Counted from the stretch's first letter, positions 28,596 through 39,313 are shown. The stretch is 64,000 nt of DNA from an uncultured delta proteobacterium (GCA_963724765.1 CAVRVY010000003.1:1312001-1376000); one strand, 5' to 3'. Notes: generated by a model not told the origin, from the sequence alone. Translations and numbers: made by a program.

Positions 28596-29480
28596 TCAGA
28601 TGACGTCGGCGAAACTGCGCTCCATGTGCCGAAACGACCATACGGCGTAGGCCGCGCTCGCGAGCGTCAGGGCCGCGGCGACGGCGAGCGCGGGCCAGTC
28701 AAACGGCTTGTTCAAGACCGCTGAGCGAAAGGCGCCGATAATCCCGGTCAGCGGATTGAGCACCAGGACCCAGCGCCAGTCGGCCGGCACGAAGCTGGAC
28801 GGGTAAATCACCGGGGTCGCGAACATCCAGAGCTGGAGCATGAACGGCATAACGTATTTGATGTCGCGGTACTTGACGTTCATTCCTGCCATCCACATCC
28901 CGACCGATCCGGCGAAGATCGCGAGCAGCGCGACGAGCGCCGGGAACAGCGCAATCCACGCGCCGGGCGCGATCCCGTACCAGGCCATCATCGCGAACAG
29001 GATCACCGCGGCGATGGCGAAGTCGACCAGCGCGGCGCCCACGGCCGCGCCCGGGATTGCCATGCGCGGAAAATACACCTTGGTTATGAGCTGCGCGTTG
29101 CCGATCAGGCTGGCGCCGCTCTGGCTCACCGCACTCTGAAAAAACTGCCAAGGCACCAGCCCGGCGAAAGCGAAGATCGGATAGGGCAGGCCGTCGGAGG
29201 GCACATGGGCGAGCCTGCCGAACAGCACCGTGAAAACCACCATCATCAGCAGCGGTTGAAGCACCGCCCACAGCGCGCCGAGCGCAGTCTGCTTGTAGCG
29301 CAACTTGACGTCGCGCCAGGTCAGGAAGTAGAGCAGCTCGCGATGCGTCCACAGTTCGCTGAGCGCGTCCCACAGCGAGCCACGCCCAGCCTCGATGACA
29401 AAATGCGGTACGCGGGCCACCGGCTCGGCGGCAGGCGGTTCGTAAGCGGAGGCCTCGGTCTTGTGCGGTAGTGCTTCCAA
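28596..29480 (-). CDS. wzm: Polysaccharide ABC transporter permease
   Basis: RDVKLRYKQTALG, KVYFPR, TPVIYP, NPLTG, FADVI. Confidence 0.92.
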   Translation of the reverse strand: MEALPHKTEASAYEPPAAEPVARVPHFVIEAGRGSLWDALSELWTHRELLYFLTWRDVKLRYKQTALGALWAVLQPLLMMVVFTVLFGRLAHVPSDGLPYPIFAFAGLVPWQFFQSAVSQSGASLIGNAQLITKVYFPRMAIPGAAVGAALVDFAIAAVILFAMMAWYGIAPGAWIALFPALVALLAIFAGSVGMWMAGMNVKYRDIKYVMPFMLQLWMFATPVIYPSSFVPADWRWVLVLNPLTGIIGAFRSAVLNKPFDWPALAVAAALTLASAAYAVWSFRHMERSFADVI

Positions 29481-29571
29481 GGATGCTCTCTAAAGTAGCC
29501 CGCTGCGCAGCCGATTGATCACACGCCGATCATGGCCGCCGCCCAGCGTATCGTACATGCCCTGTGGGCGC

Positions 29572-29868
29572 TCAGTGATTGGCCGTCTCGGACACTGCGT
29601 AGAGCAGGCCCACTTCGGACTCCAATGGCCGCGTGATGCAGTGGAAGCCAGCGTTGGCGAGTACGCGTTCGCAGCGTGCGAGCGCGTGATCGCCAAGGTA
29701 GTCGTGGTATTCGATAACCTCGTCGAGCGAGACTGCCGAGGCGGTGAATTCACCTGTCGCGTTGTGAGTACGGTCTTTATAAGCCGTGGTCTTCTTCAAT
29801 TGGACTATGGTGCTGATCAGCGTGCGCAGTGCACCGTATTTGGCGAGTCCCCATTGCGCAATAGTCAT
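29572..29868 (-). pseudogene. Probable internally deleted FkbM-type methyltransferase relic
   Basis: 98 aa, ATGA-coupled to the upstream GT; C-terminal VIEYH...LANAGF resembles FkbM ends; SAM motif absent. Confidence 0.45.
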
Positions 29869-31097
29869 ATCGATGTGCTCCGTCCGGCTGCAAAACCGGA
29901 GCGGCGGCTGTCGCCGGCAGTGCTCAGTTGGTTACGCTGGCGCTCGATAGTGGCCACCATCTGCTCGGCCATCCTGCGCCAGGTGTGATCGCGCAACGCT
30001 GCCGAGAACGGACGAATTTTTTCACGCCACGCCTCCGCCGTATTGCGCCATCGAGCAAGCCGCGCAGCGAGGTCCGCGACATCTTCGGCGTCGGGGATGA
30101 TCAGGTCGGCGAGTTCGGCGGGATACTGTTCGGCGATCCCCGAGGCGCGGCTGACCAGCGCCGGCAGCCCGCAGCACAGCGCCTCCTGCACCGGACGGCC
30201 GTAGCCCTCGTAACGCGAGGGCAGCACCAGCGCATCGCATCCCCACAACACCCGTGCGATGAACGTATCGTCGCGGTCGAAGCCGAGAAAACGTATGCGC
30301 GAGGCTATTCCGGCGCTTGCCGCGCGCGCCTTCCAGGCCGTTAACTCGCCGCCCATTGCCGCCACCACCAGGTCCGCATCCCAGGCCGGTGCCGCGCAGA
30401 GCGTAGCCCAGGCGCGAAAGAGTATGTCGAAGCCCTTGCGAGTGTCGCCGAGCGCGCCGACGAAAGCGACCAGCGGCCGCCCCTGCGCCGCCTCGGCGAC
30501 GCCGCTGCCGATGCGAGCGCGGGCCGCGGTGCGTTCATCGGCGGTGGGCGGACGAAAGAGCGTAGAGTCGATGCCAAGATAGACGGCGTGGGCGCGTTCA
30601 GCCGGGAAGCCCAGCCGTTCGACGATGTCGTGCTTCACGCTTTCGGTGGTGGTGATCGCCAGCTTCGCGCGCGGTACGACCCTGCGTTCGGCAGCGAGGT
30701 CGACGCGGCGCTGCGCGCGATTCTTCAGCCGCCGTGCCCATCCCGCCGTGACCTGCGGGGTGAAGACCGCTTGCACGTGATGGACCCAGTTGATGTCGTT
30801 CCAATCGCAACAGGCGCCATTGACGATCACCCGGCCGTCGGCCGCTGCGAGCGCGCGCGCACAGCGCCGGCCGACCCGGTTCATCAGCGGCTGCGAGAGA
30901 AAATATGAGCCGCCCGGTTTGGGCACGCGATGGAAAATCACTCCGGGATGGCGCGCGAGGTCGTCAGCCACACGATAGCCAGCCAGGTGCGTTTCGAAGC
31001 CTTCGCCAGCGAGATAGCGCGCGAGTTCGTAATTGGGCTGGTTCATGCCGCCAGCCTTGACGAAGTCGCCGCTAACAATCAGATAGGGCGGCTTCAT
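29865..31097 (-). CDS. Glycosyltransferase family 4
   Basis: DTRKGFD, PSRYEGYGRPVQEALCCG. Confidence 0.88.
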   Translation of the reverse strand: MKPPYLIVSGDFVKAGGMNQPNYELARYLAGEGFETHLAGYRVADDLARHPGVIFHRVPKPGGSYFLSQPLMNRVGRRCARALAAADGRVIVNGACCDWNDINWVHHVQAVFTPQVTAGWARRLKNRAQRRVDLAAERRVVPRAKLAITTTESVKHDIVERLGFPAERAHAVYLGIDSTLFRPPTADERTAARARIGSGVAEAAQGRPLVAFVGALGDTRKGFDILFRAWATLCAAPAWDADLVVAAMGGELTAWKARAASAGIASRIRFLGFDRDDTFIARVLWGCDALVLPSRYEGYGRPVQEALCCGLPALVSRASGIAEQYPAELADLIIPDAEDVADLAARLARWRNTAEAWREKIRPFSAALRDHTWRRMAEQMVATIERQRNQLSTAGDSRRSGFAAGRSTSI

Positions 31098-32527
31098 GAG
31101 AGTGCCGCCTCCGCCGGCCTCGGCACCGGCACCGGCAGGCGCAAGGTGTGATAGGCCGTGTTGAAAAGCATCGCGTTGAGGATCCAGAAATCCAGCCCGC
31201 CGCCGCCGATGAAGATACAACTGTCGAATGTCGCCGCCAGCACGCCGACGTCGTAGGCGAAAATCACCGCTGCCAGCGTGGCAAGCTCGACGGAGCGCTC
31301 GTTGAGCGCGATTTTATACGCGATCCGGAAGGCGAGCACGATAGCGAGCGTATAGAGCAAGAGCAACGCGATGCCGCCGTCGAAGAGCCATGCGGTCCAT
31401 TGAATTTCTGCCCATAGACCCGGATTTTTGGTGTTACCTTGGTCGCCGAAGTAGTAGAACATCATGCCCCAGCGGCCCGGGCCGGCGCCCAGCGGGTACT
31501 CAGGCAGGACCTCGTCGATGGTGTAAAGCAGGAACTGGCCGCGGTTTTTCTGATAAACCTCGCCAGGATTCTCGGCGGTCAGGCTGTTAACGCGGTCGGT
31601 GATGGCGGTGCCGCCCACGCCCACCGCCCAGACGAATCCGCCGACCGCCGCAAGCGCCATCAGGCCGGTCAAGTACGCAAGACGCCTGTTGCCAATCCTC
31701 CTGCCAAGCAGCGGATTCGAGACCCGGGCGGCACGCCAACTCATCAGGGTGACGAAGACCAGCATGCAGACCATTTCCATCACGAGCATCACGCGCACTT
31801 GCGAGAGGTAGATGGCCGCCATGCCCACAAGCATCGCGCCCGCCGACGCGATCTGTATCCATCGGCGCCGGTCGAGCAGGAAGAAGGAAGCCGCAAAAAG
31901 CACTGCGAAGAAGCCCGCCGCCGCAGCGCCGCCAGGCGTGTCGGTCAGGCCCATCGGGCGATAGACCGACACTCCATAGGCATTCTGGAAATGCTGCATC
32001 GCCATGTAGCCGGCCCCTTGGCCCTGTATCACGGTCGAGACGACGAACTGGAAGCGTGCGGGAAAATAAACCTGCAATATTCCGAAGACACTGCTGATGA
32101 CTTGAAACGTCCATAGGATCATGATCACCCGGCGCATCTCGGCGAGATCGATCCGGATTCGCGAAATCCAGAACAGCGGCCCTAGCACGGCCAGGTATAG
32201 CCCGAACTCCGCCATCGCCGAGGTCGCGCTGTTGACGCCCGGGTTCAGCATCGAGAGGCCGAGGATCACCATCACGAAAACCGCTGCCCGGGCGGCGGGA
32301 TGCTGCTTGCCGTGGCCCGGCAACACAAACAGCAGCCCCAGGCTGACGCCGAAGACGGCGGTGCGAAAGACGACCCGGAAGGGCGCCAGCGTGGACGAGA
32401 GTAAGGCCAGCTGGCAAATGATCTCGAGAGCCACGAAGTACTCGAGCAGCCGGCTCGGCTTGGGTTGGCGGATCTGAGTTCCGGCGATCTGCTGCAGATG
32501 CGGTGGCGGTGTGGTCGCTGTCGCCAT
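31094..32527 (-). CDS. Polytopic membrane protein, Wzy polymerase / HpsL-like
   Basis: About 11-12 hydrophobic segments, RPMGLTD, PLGAGPGRWG in a large late loop. Confidence 0.65.
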   Translation of the reverse strand: MATATTPPPHLQQIAGTQIRQPKPSRLLEYFVALEIICQLALLSSTLAPFRVVFRTAVFGVSLGLLFVLPGHGKQHPAARAAVFVMVILGLSMLNPGVNSATSAMAEFGLYLAVLGPLFWISRIRIDLAEMRRVIMILWTFQVISSVFGILQVYFPARFQFVVSTVIQGQGAGYMAMQHFQNAYGVSVYRPMGLTDTPGGAAAAGFFAVLFAASFFLLDRRRWIQIASAGAMLVGMAAIYLSQVRVMLVMEMVCMLVFVTLMSWRAARVSNPLLGRRIGNRRLAYLTGLMALAAVGGFVWAVGVGGTAITDRVNSLTAENPGEVYQKNRGQFLLYTIDEVLPEYPLGAGPGRWGMMFYYFGDQGNTKNPGLWAEIQWTAWLFDGGIALLLLYTLAIVLAFRIAYKIALNERSVELATLAAVIFAYDVGVLAATFDSCIFIGGGGLDFWILNAMLFNTAYHTLRLPVPVPRPAEAALS

Positions 32528-32911
32528 GTATCAGCGCGCCGGAGATCCGCCGGCCAGTCCAGCCGAGCCGGAACTGACTTCCCAACGGTTTGGCGCGCGC
32601 AGCGCGACAGGACGGCGGCTGATGCGGCAGAGAATATTGAGAGTCACGACACTCAAGCTCTTGGCGATTGCTCCGCAGGTGGATGATAGTCAGTGCGATC
32701 GGTTGCGCGGGTGGTCCAAGCGGATTAGCGACAGTCTAGCCTGCGGTGGTCGCTGGTCCAACCCAGATCGCGCATTGCCCAGGTAGCTATTTGGTGCAGC
32801 GGCAGGTCCGGCGCGATGCTACGACCGCCAAAGCGTAGTGCCGCGCCGCGCGTAGCCGGTGCGCAAAGACCCTCGCTCCGTTGTGCAGAAACACCGTGCC
32901 GTAGCCGGCGC

Positions 32912-33943
32912 TCAATTTCCTTCGCGCGAGTCATCCCGATGTCCGGAACCCTGCTCCATGGATCTATTCGGTGGCTGTGCGAATTGCGGATAGGGCCCCG
33001 CGAATTCGGCCCATCGTCCCGCGACGATGAAGATCGCCTCGCGCAGTCCGTCCCTGCGCACGACCGGGACTGCGGGTATCGCAAGCAGTGCGACCGCTAG
33101 CCGCCATCCGGCCTTGACCCGCTCTGCCAGCCCAAAGTGGCGTAACTCATAGCGCGAGTGGAAAGTCGCTGTGCTTCGGATAGTCTGTACGATGTGTCGT
33201 GAAAAGTAAGCGGTTCCAAGTCGGTGCCGCTCTATCAAGTGCTTCAGTTTGAGTTGTGGTACGTAAACCCGCCGATAGCCTGCTCTCCCGATAAGCAAAC
33301 CGATTTCAATGTCTTCAGCAGTTACCCTGGCGTGGGGCTGCGGCCCGGGCAGCAACGCATCGGGACCGTTCGCGATTATGGCGGTGAGAAACGCATCGCG
33401 GCGCACCCACATCCCCGCTCCGAGAGTAGGAGCGAACGCCGTGGTGCCGTAGTCGATTAGCGATTCTCCCAGGTATCCGTAGTTCCCCGAATAGCCGTTC
33501 AAAGCGAACAGCGCGGAGCGGCGTGCGATGCTCGGCGGCGGTTCGCTTTCCCACTGCGGAGTAATGTTGGAAATCAAAAGTCCGATGCCCTGATCGTTCA
33601 GCGCGGATACGCCGGTGCGTATGTAGTCTGATGCCGGCAGGTTGTCATCGTCGAGGAAGCAGACCAGCGGCGCACGCGCAGCCAGCACGCCGGCAACGCG
33701 CGCAAAGCTCAGGCCCTGGCGCAATTCGCCGACGACTCGGCACTCGATCCCGCGGGCGCGCAGTGCCGCCACCGAAGCATCATTGGACGCCACAGTGGCG
33801 GTGTCATCCGTTGAGTTATTGTCGATCACGACAACCTCAAACGAACCGTCGGCTGCATCCTGAGCCCGTAGCTGCCGCAGGATCATGGGCAGACGGCGCG
33901 CGCCGTTATAGGTAGGGATCACGACGGTGACTTGCGGGAGCAT
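32912..33943 (-). CDS. Glycosyltransferase family 2 (HpsE-like)
   Basis: VIPTYNGARRL, IDNNSTD, QGLSFAR, FLDDDNLP, AEDIEI. Confidence 0.9.
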   Translation of the reverse strand: MLPQVTVVIPTYNGARRLPMILRQLRAQDAADGSFEVVVIDNNSTDDTATVASNDASVAALRARGIECRVVGELRQGLSFARVAGVLAARAPLVCFLDDDNLPASDYIRTGVSALNDQGIGLLISNITPQWESEPPPSIARRSALFALNGYSGNYGYLGESLIDYGTTAFAPTLGAGMWVRRDAFLTAIIANGPDALLPGPQPHARVTAEDIEIGLLIGRAGYRRVYVPQLKLKHLIERHRLGTAYFSRHIVQTIRSTATFHSRYELRHFGLAERVKAGWRLAVALLAIPAVPVVRRDGLREAIFIVAGRWAEFAGPYPQFAQPPNRSMEQGSGHRDDSREGN

Positions 33944-34009
33944 CGCCCGGATACTTCTAACGAGGTCTCTGGAAGTAAGTCATTGCGCCTTGGGCTCGAT
34001 CGGAACGCT

Positions 34010-35215
34010 TCATGATAAAGGTTCTTCGCCGGTCTTCTCCCGAGTATCGCGCACATGGCCCGGGCGCAACTTGGTGAGAGCGCGCGCGAGCGCTGCCATT
34101 TGCGCCCGCGGTTCGCACAGCGCCGTGGCGCGCGCGGGGCCGGCCCCGCCCAGGCGCGCGCGCAATTCGCGATCCTCAATCAGGCGGCGCAGTGCGCCGG
34201 CCAGCGCGGCCGGATCGTTGGGCGCGACCAGTATCCCGCACGAGCCGTCGACAATCTCGAGCGCCCCGCCAATCGAGGTGGTTACCACTGGCAGCCCCGC
34301 GTAGAGCGCTTCGATAAAGGTGATGCCGAAGGGCTCGGGTCCGGTGTTGGGCTGACAATGGATGTCAGCGGCGGCCAGCAGACGCGCGACGTCGCCGCGT
34401 TGCCCGAGGAAGTTCACGCGCGGGCCGATTCCAAGCGCGGCCGCCTGGGCGCGCAAGGTTGCAATATAGCGCGTCTCGTGCGGGCGCTGCGCTCCGCCCA
34501 CTATCCAGCAGGTCCATTCGGACAGGCCGAGCACGCCGGCCAGGCGCGCGAGCGCATCGAGATGTAGCCGGTGGCCCTTCCACTCCTCCATCCGGCTCAC
34601 CTGGATCACCACCACCGCTTCCGGAGCGGCGCCAAGTTCGGCGCGCACGGCCGCGCGATCCGCCTGCGAGACACCGGATGCGGGTGCGACGGGATAGTAG
34701 ACGACCTCGCACGGCACTAGCGGCAGTTGCGGTACCTGCGGTACGTGCGGCATTTGCGGATAGATGAGTGGCAGCGACGCCGCGGTGAAGCGGCTGTCGC
34801 AAATCGCGCCGTCGGGCACCGCCCGGGAGGCCCAGCGCTCGAGCCAATGGCGTCCGGCGGCCACGTCGTGCAGCCAGAAAATCGACGCCGCGTCCGACGC
34901 GCGAACGACCGGGCCGAAGATCGCCTGAGTCCACGGCGAATGACAGACGACCGTGTCGAAGCCGCGCCGCTCGATGAGCCCGCGCAGCTCCCGCCGCGCC
35001 CGCAGGATACTCAACGGCCATCGAACGCGGACTTCGCCCAGCCGATGCTCCGTTGCGCCGGCCGCGCGCAGTTCGTCCTCCAGCCGTCCTCCGAAACACA
35101 GCGCGAACTCGCATTCGAGCTCGGGGCTGAGCGCGCGATATCGCGCAAGCGTCACCAGCACTGTCTCGAGACCGCCGTAAAGATTGCCCGCACTCACGTG
35201 CAGCACGCGCATCAC
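34010..35215 (-). CDS. Glycosyltransferase family 4
   Basis: GNLYGGLE, SRMEEWKG, PEPFGITFIEAL. Confidence 0.9.
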   Translation of the reverse strand: MMRVLHVSAGNLYGGLETVLVTLARYRALSPELECEFALCFGGRLEDELRAAGATEHRLGEVRVRWPLSILRARRELRGLIERRGFDTVVCHSPWTQAIFGPVVRASDAASIFWLHDVAAGRHWLERWASRAVPDGAICDSRFTAASLPLIYPQMPHVPQVPQLPLVPCEVVYYPVAPASGVSQADRAAVRAELGAAPEAVVVIQVSRMEEWKGHRLHLDALARLAGVLGLSEWTCWIVGGAQRPHETRYIATLRAQAAALGIGPRVNFLGQRGDVARLLAAADIHCQPNTGPEPFGITFIEALYAGLPVVTTSIGGALEIVDGSCGILVAPNDPAALAGALRRLIEDRELRARLGGAGPARATALCEPRAQMAALARALTKLRPGHVRDTREKTGEEPLS

Positions 35216-36432
35216 GCCGCCTCCGCACAGAGCAGGCGATAGATTGGCATCAGCTCGGCCGCGAGCCGCGCGCGCGCGAAGCGCCGGCGCGCCGAGTGCG
35301 CGGCCTTGGCTCCGAGCGCCGCGCGCAGCGCCGGGTCGCGCACCAGCTCGCCCATCCGCTCGGCCAGCGCCGGCACGCAGCCCGGCTCATGCACCAGCGC
35401 GTCCTCACCGGGCGTGACTATTTCGACGGCGCCGCCGCCGCGGCTTACTACCACGGCGCGCCCGCACGCCATCGCCTCCGCGATCACCAGCCCGAACGGC
35501 TCGGGCTGCGTGCTGGCATGGACGACGACGTCCAGCGCGCGCATCGCCGCCGCGGCCTCGTCGACGAAGCCCGTGAAGCCGACGCGGCCGGCGAGCCCCA
35601 GGCGCCGCGCCAGAGCGCGCAGCTCTTCGAGGTCGTACTGGCTGCCCTCGGTCTCGTAAAGTGCGCCGCCGATCACATAACCGCGCACCGGTGGATCGCC
35701 GGAGAGCATTTTGAGCGCGCGCAGGAAGATTTCGTGACCCTTCCATCGCGCCATCGTAGCGACCAAGCCGATCCTGACCACCGGATGGCTCGGCGGCGCA
35801 AGTCCAGCCAGCCGGTCGAGGTCGAGGACGGGACCCTCGGGCGAGAAGCGTTCGAGGTCCACGGCGTTGTAGATGGGAAAGACCCTGAGCTGCGCGCCGC
35901 AGGCGGCGCGCACGTCTTCAGCCACGCTCAGCGAGTTGGCGACCGCCGCCGCGCAGCGGTCGGCATGCGCCCGCATCAGGCGCGCCATCAGCGGCCGCGA
36001 GCTGATGTAGTCGTGGATGTGCCAGAGCAGCGGCACACCGCCGGGCGCGGCCCACGCGCCAAGCACATGCATCTTGAAGCCATTGGTATGGATCAGATCG
36101 GGAGCGGCGGCGGCCAGCGCGCGCCGCAGCCGGGTAGTATACAGCGCCACCGAAGGCGTGCTCAGCGACGCCCGCCCGAGCGTGCCGAGCAGGCGGGATT
36201 TGCCGCCGTCACCGGCGCCGGCGTCGCCCAGCCGGGCGAGCGCGCGCGGATAAGTCAGCGCACGGACTTCAACGCCAAGCGTGCGGGCCAGGTCAAGGAA
36301 GGCGCCGTCGGCGCCGGCGATAAGCTCAAGCTCGACGCGTGGCTCGGCTGACCGCAGGCTCGCCATGAAATCGAGCAGGCTGCGCTCGGCGCCACCCATC
36401 TGGCCGGAGGCGTTGAGATATACGATTTTCAA
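35212..36432 (-). CDS. Glycosyltransferase family 4
   Basis: GGAERSL, ARWKGH, PEPFGLVIAEAMACG; TTG start at 36432 chosen to avoid overlap (ORF open to 36498). Confidence 0.88.
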   Translation of the reverse strand: MKIVYLNASGQMGGAERSLLDFMASLRSAEPRVELELIAGADGAFLDLARTLGVEVRALTYPRALARLGDAGAGDGGKSRLLGTLGRASLSTPSVALYTTRLRRALAAAAPDLIHTNGFKMHVLGAWAAPGGVPLLWHIHDYISSRPLMARLMRAHADRCAAAVANSLSVAEDVRAACGAQLRVFPIYNAVDLERFSPEGPVLDLDRLAGLAPPSHPVVRIGLVATMARWKGHEIFLRALKMLSGDPPVRGYVIGGALYETEGSQYDLEELRALARRLGLAGRVGFTGFVDEAAAAMRALDVVVHASTQPEPFGLVIAEAMACGRAVVVSRGGGAVEIVTPGEDALVHEPGCVPALAERMGELVRDPALRAALGAKAAHSARRRFARARLAAELMPIYRLLCAEAA

Positions 36433-36442
36433 GCGGTGTGAA

Positions 36443-39313
36443 CTAATCGTCAGTGTTCGGGGACGGCACGGGGGCGGGCTCCGGTGCGGCCAGGTCATGG
36501 GTCTGCGCCGCTTGCGCCGCCTCCGCCTTGGCCATCCGGTGCTTGAAATCCGCGTAATAGCTGCTCATGGTGCGATTGTTGGGATCAAACGTGACCGCCT
36601 GCGCGTATGCCTTCTCGGCCTCATAGTAATTGAACGCGCCTTCCTGCGCGCGACCGAGATCGAACCATACGCGGGCCGACGGGTCGGCGTCAGCGGCCTG
36701 CTGCAAGGTAAGCGCGGCGCGGTCGTAATGCGACTGGTTGAGGTAGAACTCACCCAACGCCAGGAGCACTTCGCTACCCTGCGGACGCTCGGCCGCCGCG
36801 TCCTTCAAGGCACTCTCCTGCGCGTCCGCGTCGTGAGCCTCCTTTGCCGCCTCTGCCAGGGCAAGGTCGAGGTCGTAGGGATCGTTGCCGGCCTTGGCCG
36901 CTTCGTCCATCGCGGTCCTGGCCGATTGCATGTCGCGGTCGGGCCCGTAAACGTGCTTGACCAGCGCCAGGTAGGGAGCCGGATCGCCCGGCGCCTGTTC
37001 CATCGCGGCGCGGAAGAAGCCCTCCGCGGTCAACATGTAGCCCGCTGCCGCATAGGCCTTACCTGCATCGATGAGGAAGCGCATTCGCTCGTTGGGGTCT
37101 TTGGTCCGGGCCGCCGCGCTGGCATAAAGTGCGGCCTCTTTGAGCGGGAGGTTGAGGCTCGAGTAGAACTGGCCGATTCCGTAGAAGGCGCCCGGAAAGC
37201 CAGCTGCCACCGCCTGCTTGAATCCTTTCTCGACCGCCGCGCGGGTGACGGGCGCAAGCCATCGCACCAACTCCGGGCTCAGATAGAAGTGCGTGCTCGC
37301 AGTGGGCGAGTCGAAAACCGAGCGCGTGACCTGGGCCAACGCCTGCGGCAGTTGGCCGTGGCGCGCGAGCATGCTGGCGTAGCTGTCGCGCTTTTCGGGA
37401 TCAGTCGGGTCGAGCCATACCGCCGTGCTCAGTTCGCGCATCTGCGCCTGCTGGCTCATCGCGCCCCCGCCCAGGGTGGCCATGATGTAGTGGCCGTCGG
37501 AATCGGCAGGATGAGCGATCACGCGCCTGCCTGCGGCGCGCAGCGTGGCCGCCGGCGGCATGAAGTTTCGATAGGAGACGTCTTTCTGGCCGAGCGCGAT
37601 GAAGATGAGCGCCAGCGCGCCCGTCGCCACGAACGCCAGCAACGCCCTGGGCGCCGGCCGCCATCCGCGCGCGTCGCTATCGGCCGAGGCGGGGGTGGCG
37701 AGCCTGAATCCCAGGCCGAGCAGCACGGCCAACAACGTGGCGTTGGCTGGTACGTGGAGGTTGAAGTCGATTAATTCGTGGAGCGTGGTTGCGATTACGG
37801 CCGCCACCACTGCGGCCAACAGCGGCCACTCGCGCGGATCGCCCGCGCGCATCGCCGCGCCGATTCGGCGCAGGAGACGCCAGAAGACCCAGCCCAGCGC
37901 GAACAGGGCGATAAGCCCGCTCTCGGCAGCGAATTGCACGTAATCGTTGTGCGCGTCGCGATAGTAGAAGAACTGCGACCATGGCGGAGATACGTAGCGC
38001 GTGAACAATTCACCCCACGCGCCCATACCAACGCCGAAGAGCGGGAAATCACGGACCATCGCGAGCGTGCGCCGATACAGCATCCCGCGCTCCGACAGGC
38101 TGAGTCCGGTCGAGACGGTTTCCGCCAGGCGGACGTCGGTCAGGCTGCGTCCTTGTGGACCAATCAGCATTAGCGCGAAAACAAACAGTCCGAAGGCCGC
38201 CAGGGCGACCCAGCCGAGCGTGCGCGTATCGGAATGGCGTGCAAAGGCGTCGCGCCGCTGTTCGGGCTGGGCGAAGAACATCGCGACCAGCGCTCCCACG
38301 CTGATTGCGACCGAGATCCAGCCGCCGCGCGAGAGGCTCAGCACGATCGCGCACAGGACCAGGAACGCGATCGCCATCGAGGCCATACGCACCGGGCTCG
38401 TCCAGGCGCGCGGTACAAAATCGATGCGCAGCAGGGCAGCAACCAGCGCCAGCGGCAGGATCATCGCGAGATAGTTGGCGAAGTGGTCGGGATTGACGAA
38501 CGGCCCGGTCGCGCGCAGCGCGAAGGCCAGGTGCGGCCCTTCCCAGTCCAGGGGCACGAAGAACCACAGGATCTTGCCGTTCCACGACGCCCAGTTCATC
38601 AGCCCCAGAAACGCCACCACGAAACCCATCGCCAGGAGCAGGCCGAAGATCGTGCGGCAGAAGCGTTCCTCGGCACGCGGATCGCCCTCAGCGCCGAAGG
38701 GGTAGAGCGCGACCAAAAGGAACAGCGCCGTGTAGCTGAGCGCCTTCAACATCCCCGTGCGCGAGACCTCGGGCTCGAAGCTGAGCGCGCGCCAGTGGCG
38801 GCTGTCAGGCATCGCGGCGGATGCGGTCCCGGTCTGCTTGACCGGCGCCTGCGCTTTGGCGGTGGTCGGCGCGAAGGGCACCTTGGCTCCCGCGCGCACC
38901 TGTTCCGCGGTGGGCAGGATTATCGGTCCGGACGGGAGCAAAGGCTGCGCGTCGAACTTGACATCGTGATAGGACGGCTGCGTGGGCCATCCGGGCAACG
39001 CGCGCGCGTAAATCTCGTAGGCCGCGGGCGAAAGGGTGGCAAGCAGCGCCGGCGGCATCGGCACCATTTCCAATCCCATCAGCGCCAGCACCAGCACGAT
39101 CGGAAGCGCGACCGCGCGGGCCGCCAGCCCCCCGCCATCGCGCATCAGGCGGCCGCCGCCAACCCATGCCCGCGCCATCCACGCCGCCACCAGTGCGAAG
39201 ACGATCCCCTCCATCAGCGTGTAAGCCCACGGATGGACCGAGCCGAAGCACATCGGGGTGAGGACGACCAGCAGGCCGATTCCTGCGACGATTATTTGGT
39301 CGAGGCGGCGCAA
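36443..39313 (-). CDS. O-antigen ligase / O-OTase family protein fused to C-terminal TPRs
   Basis: GPFVNPDHFA, SLSRGG, GVGMG, AHNDYVQ, DFNLH, followed by about 350 aa of TPR-like helices. Confidence 0.85.
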   Translation of the reverse strand: MRRLDQIIVAGIGLLVVLTPMCFGSVHPWAYTLMEGIVFALVAAWMARAWVGGGRLMRDGGGLAARAVALPIVLVLALMGLEMVPMPPALLATLSPAAYEIYARALPGWPTQPSYHDVKFDAQPLLPSGPIILPTAEQVRAGAKVPFAPTTAKAQAPVKQTGTASAAMPDSRHWRALSFEPEVSRTGMLKALSYTALFLLVALYPFGAEGDPRAEERFCRTIFGLLLAMGFVVAFLGLMNWASWNGKILWFFVPLDWEGPHLAFALRATGPFVNPDHFANYLAMILPLALVAALLRIDFVPRAWTSPVRMASMAIAFLVLCAIVLSLSRGGWISVAISVGALVAMFFAQPEQRRDAFARHSDTRTLGWVALAAFGLFVFALMLIGPQGRSLTDVRLAETVSTGLSLSERGMLYRRTLAMVRDFPLFGVGMGAWGELFTRYVSPPWSQFFYYRDAHNDYVQFAAESGLIALFALGWVFWRLLRRIGAAMRAGDPREWPLLAAVVAAVIATTLHELIDFNLHVPANATLLAVLLGLGFRLATPASADSDARGWRPAPRALLAFVATGALALIFIALGQKDVSYRNFMPPAATLRAAGRRVIAHPADSDGHYIMATLGGGAMSQQAQMRELSTAVWLDPTDPEKRDSYASMLARHGQLPQALAQVTRSVFDSPTASTHFYLSPELVRWLAPVTRAAVEKGFKQAVAAGFPGAFYGIGQFYSSLNLPLKEAALYASAAARTKDPNERMRFLIDAGKAYAAAGYMLTAEGFFRAAMEQAPGDPAPYLALVKHVYGPDRDMQSARTAMDEAAKAGNDPYDLDLALAEAAKEAHDADAQESALKDAAAERPQGSEVLLALGEFYLNQSHYDRAALTLQQAADADPSARVWFDLGRAQEGAFNYYEAEKAYAQAVTFDPNNRTMSSYYADFKHRMAKAEAAQAAQTHDLAAPEPAPVPSPNTDD

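Noticed and set aside
34721-34760. 9-nt tandem repeat encoding PQMPHVPQVPQL in a GT4
   Set aside because: In-frame loop expansion with no evidence of phase variation
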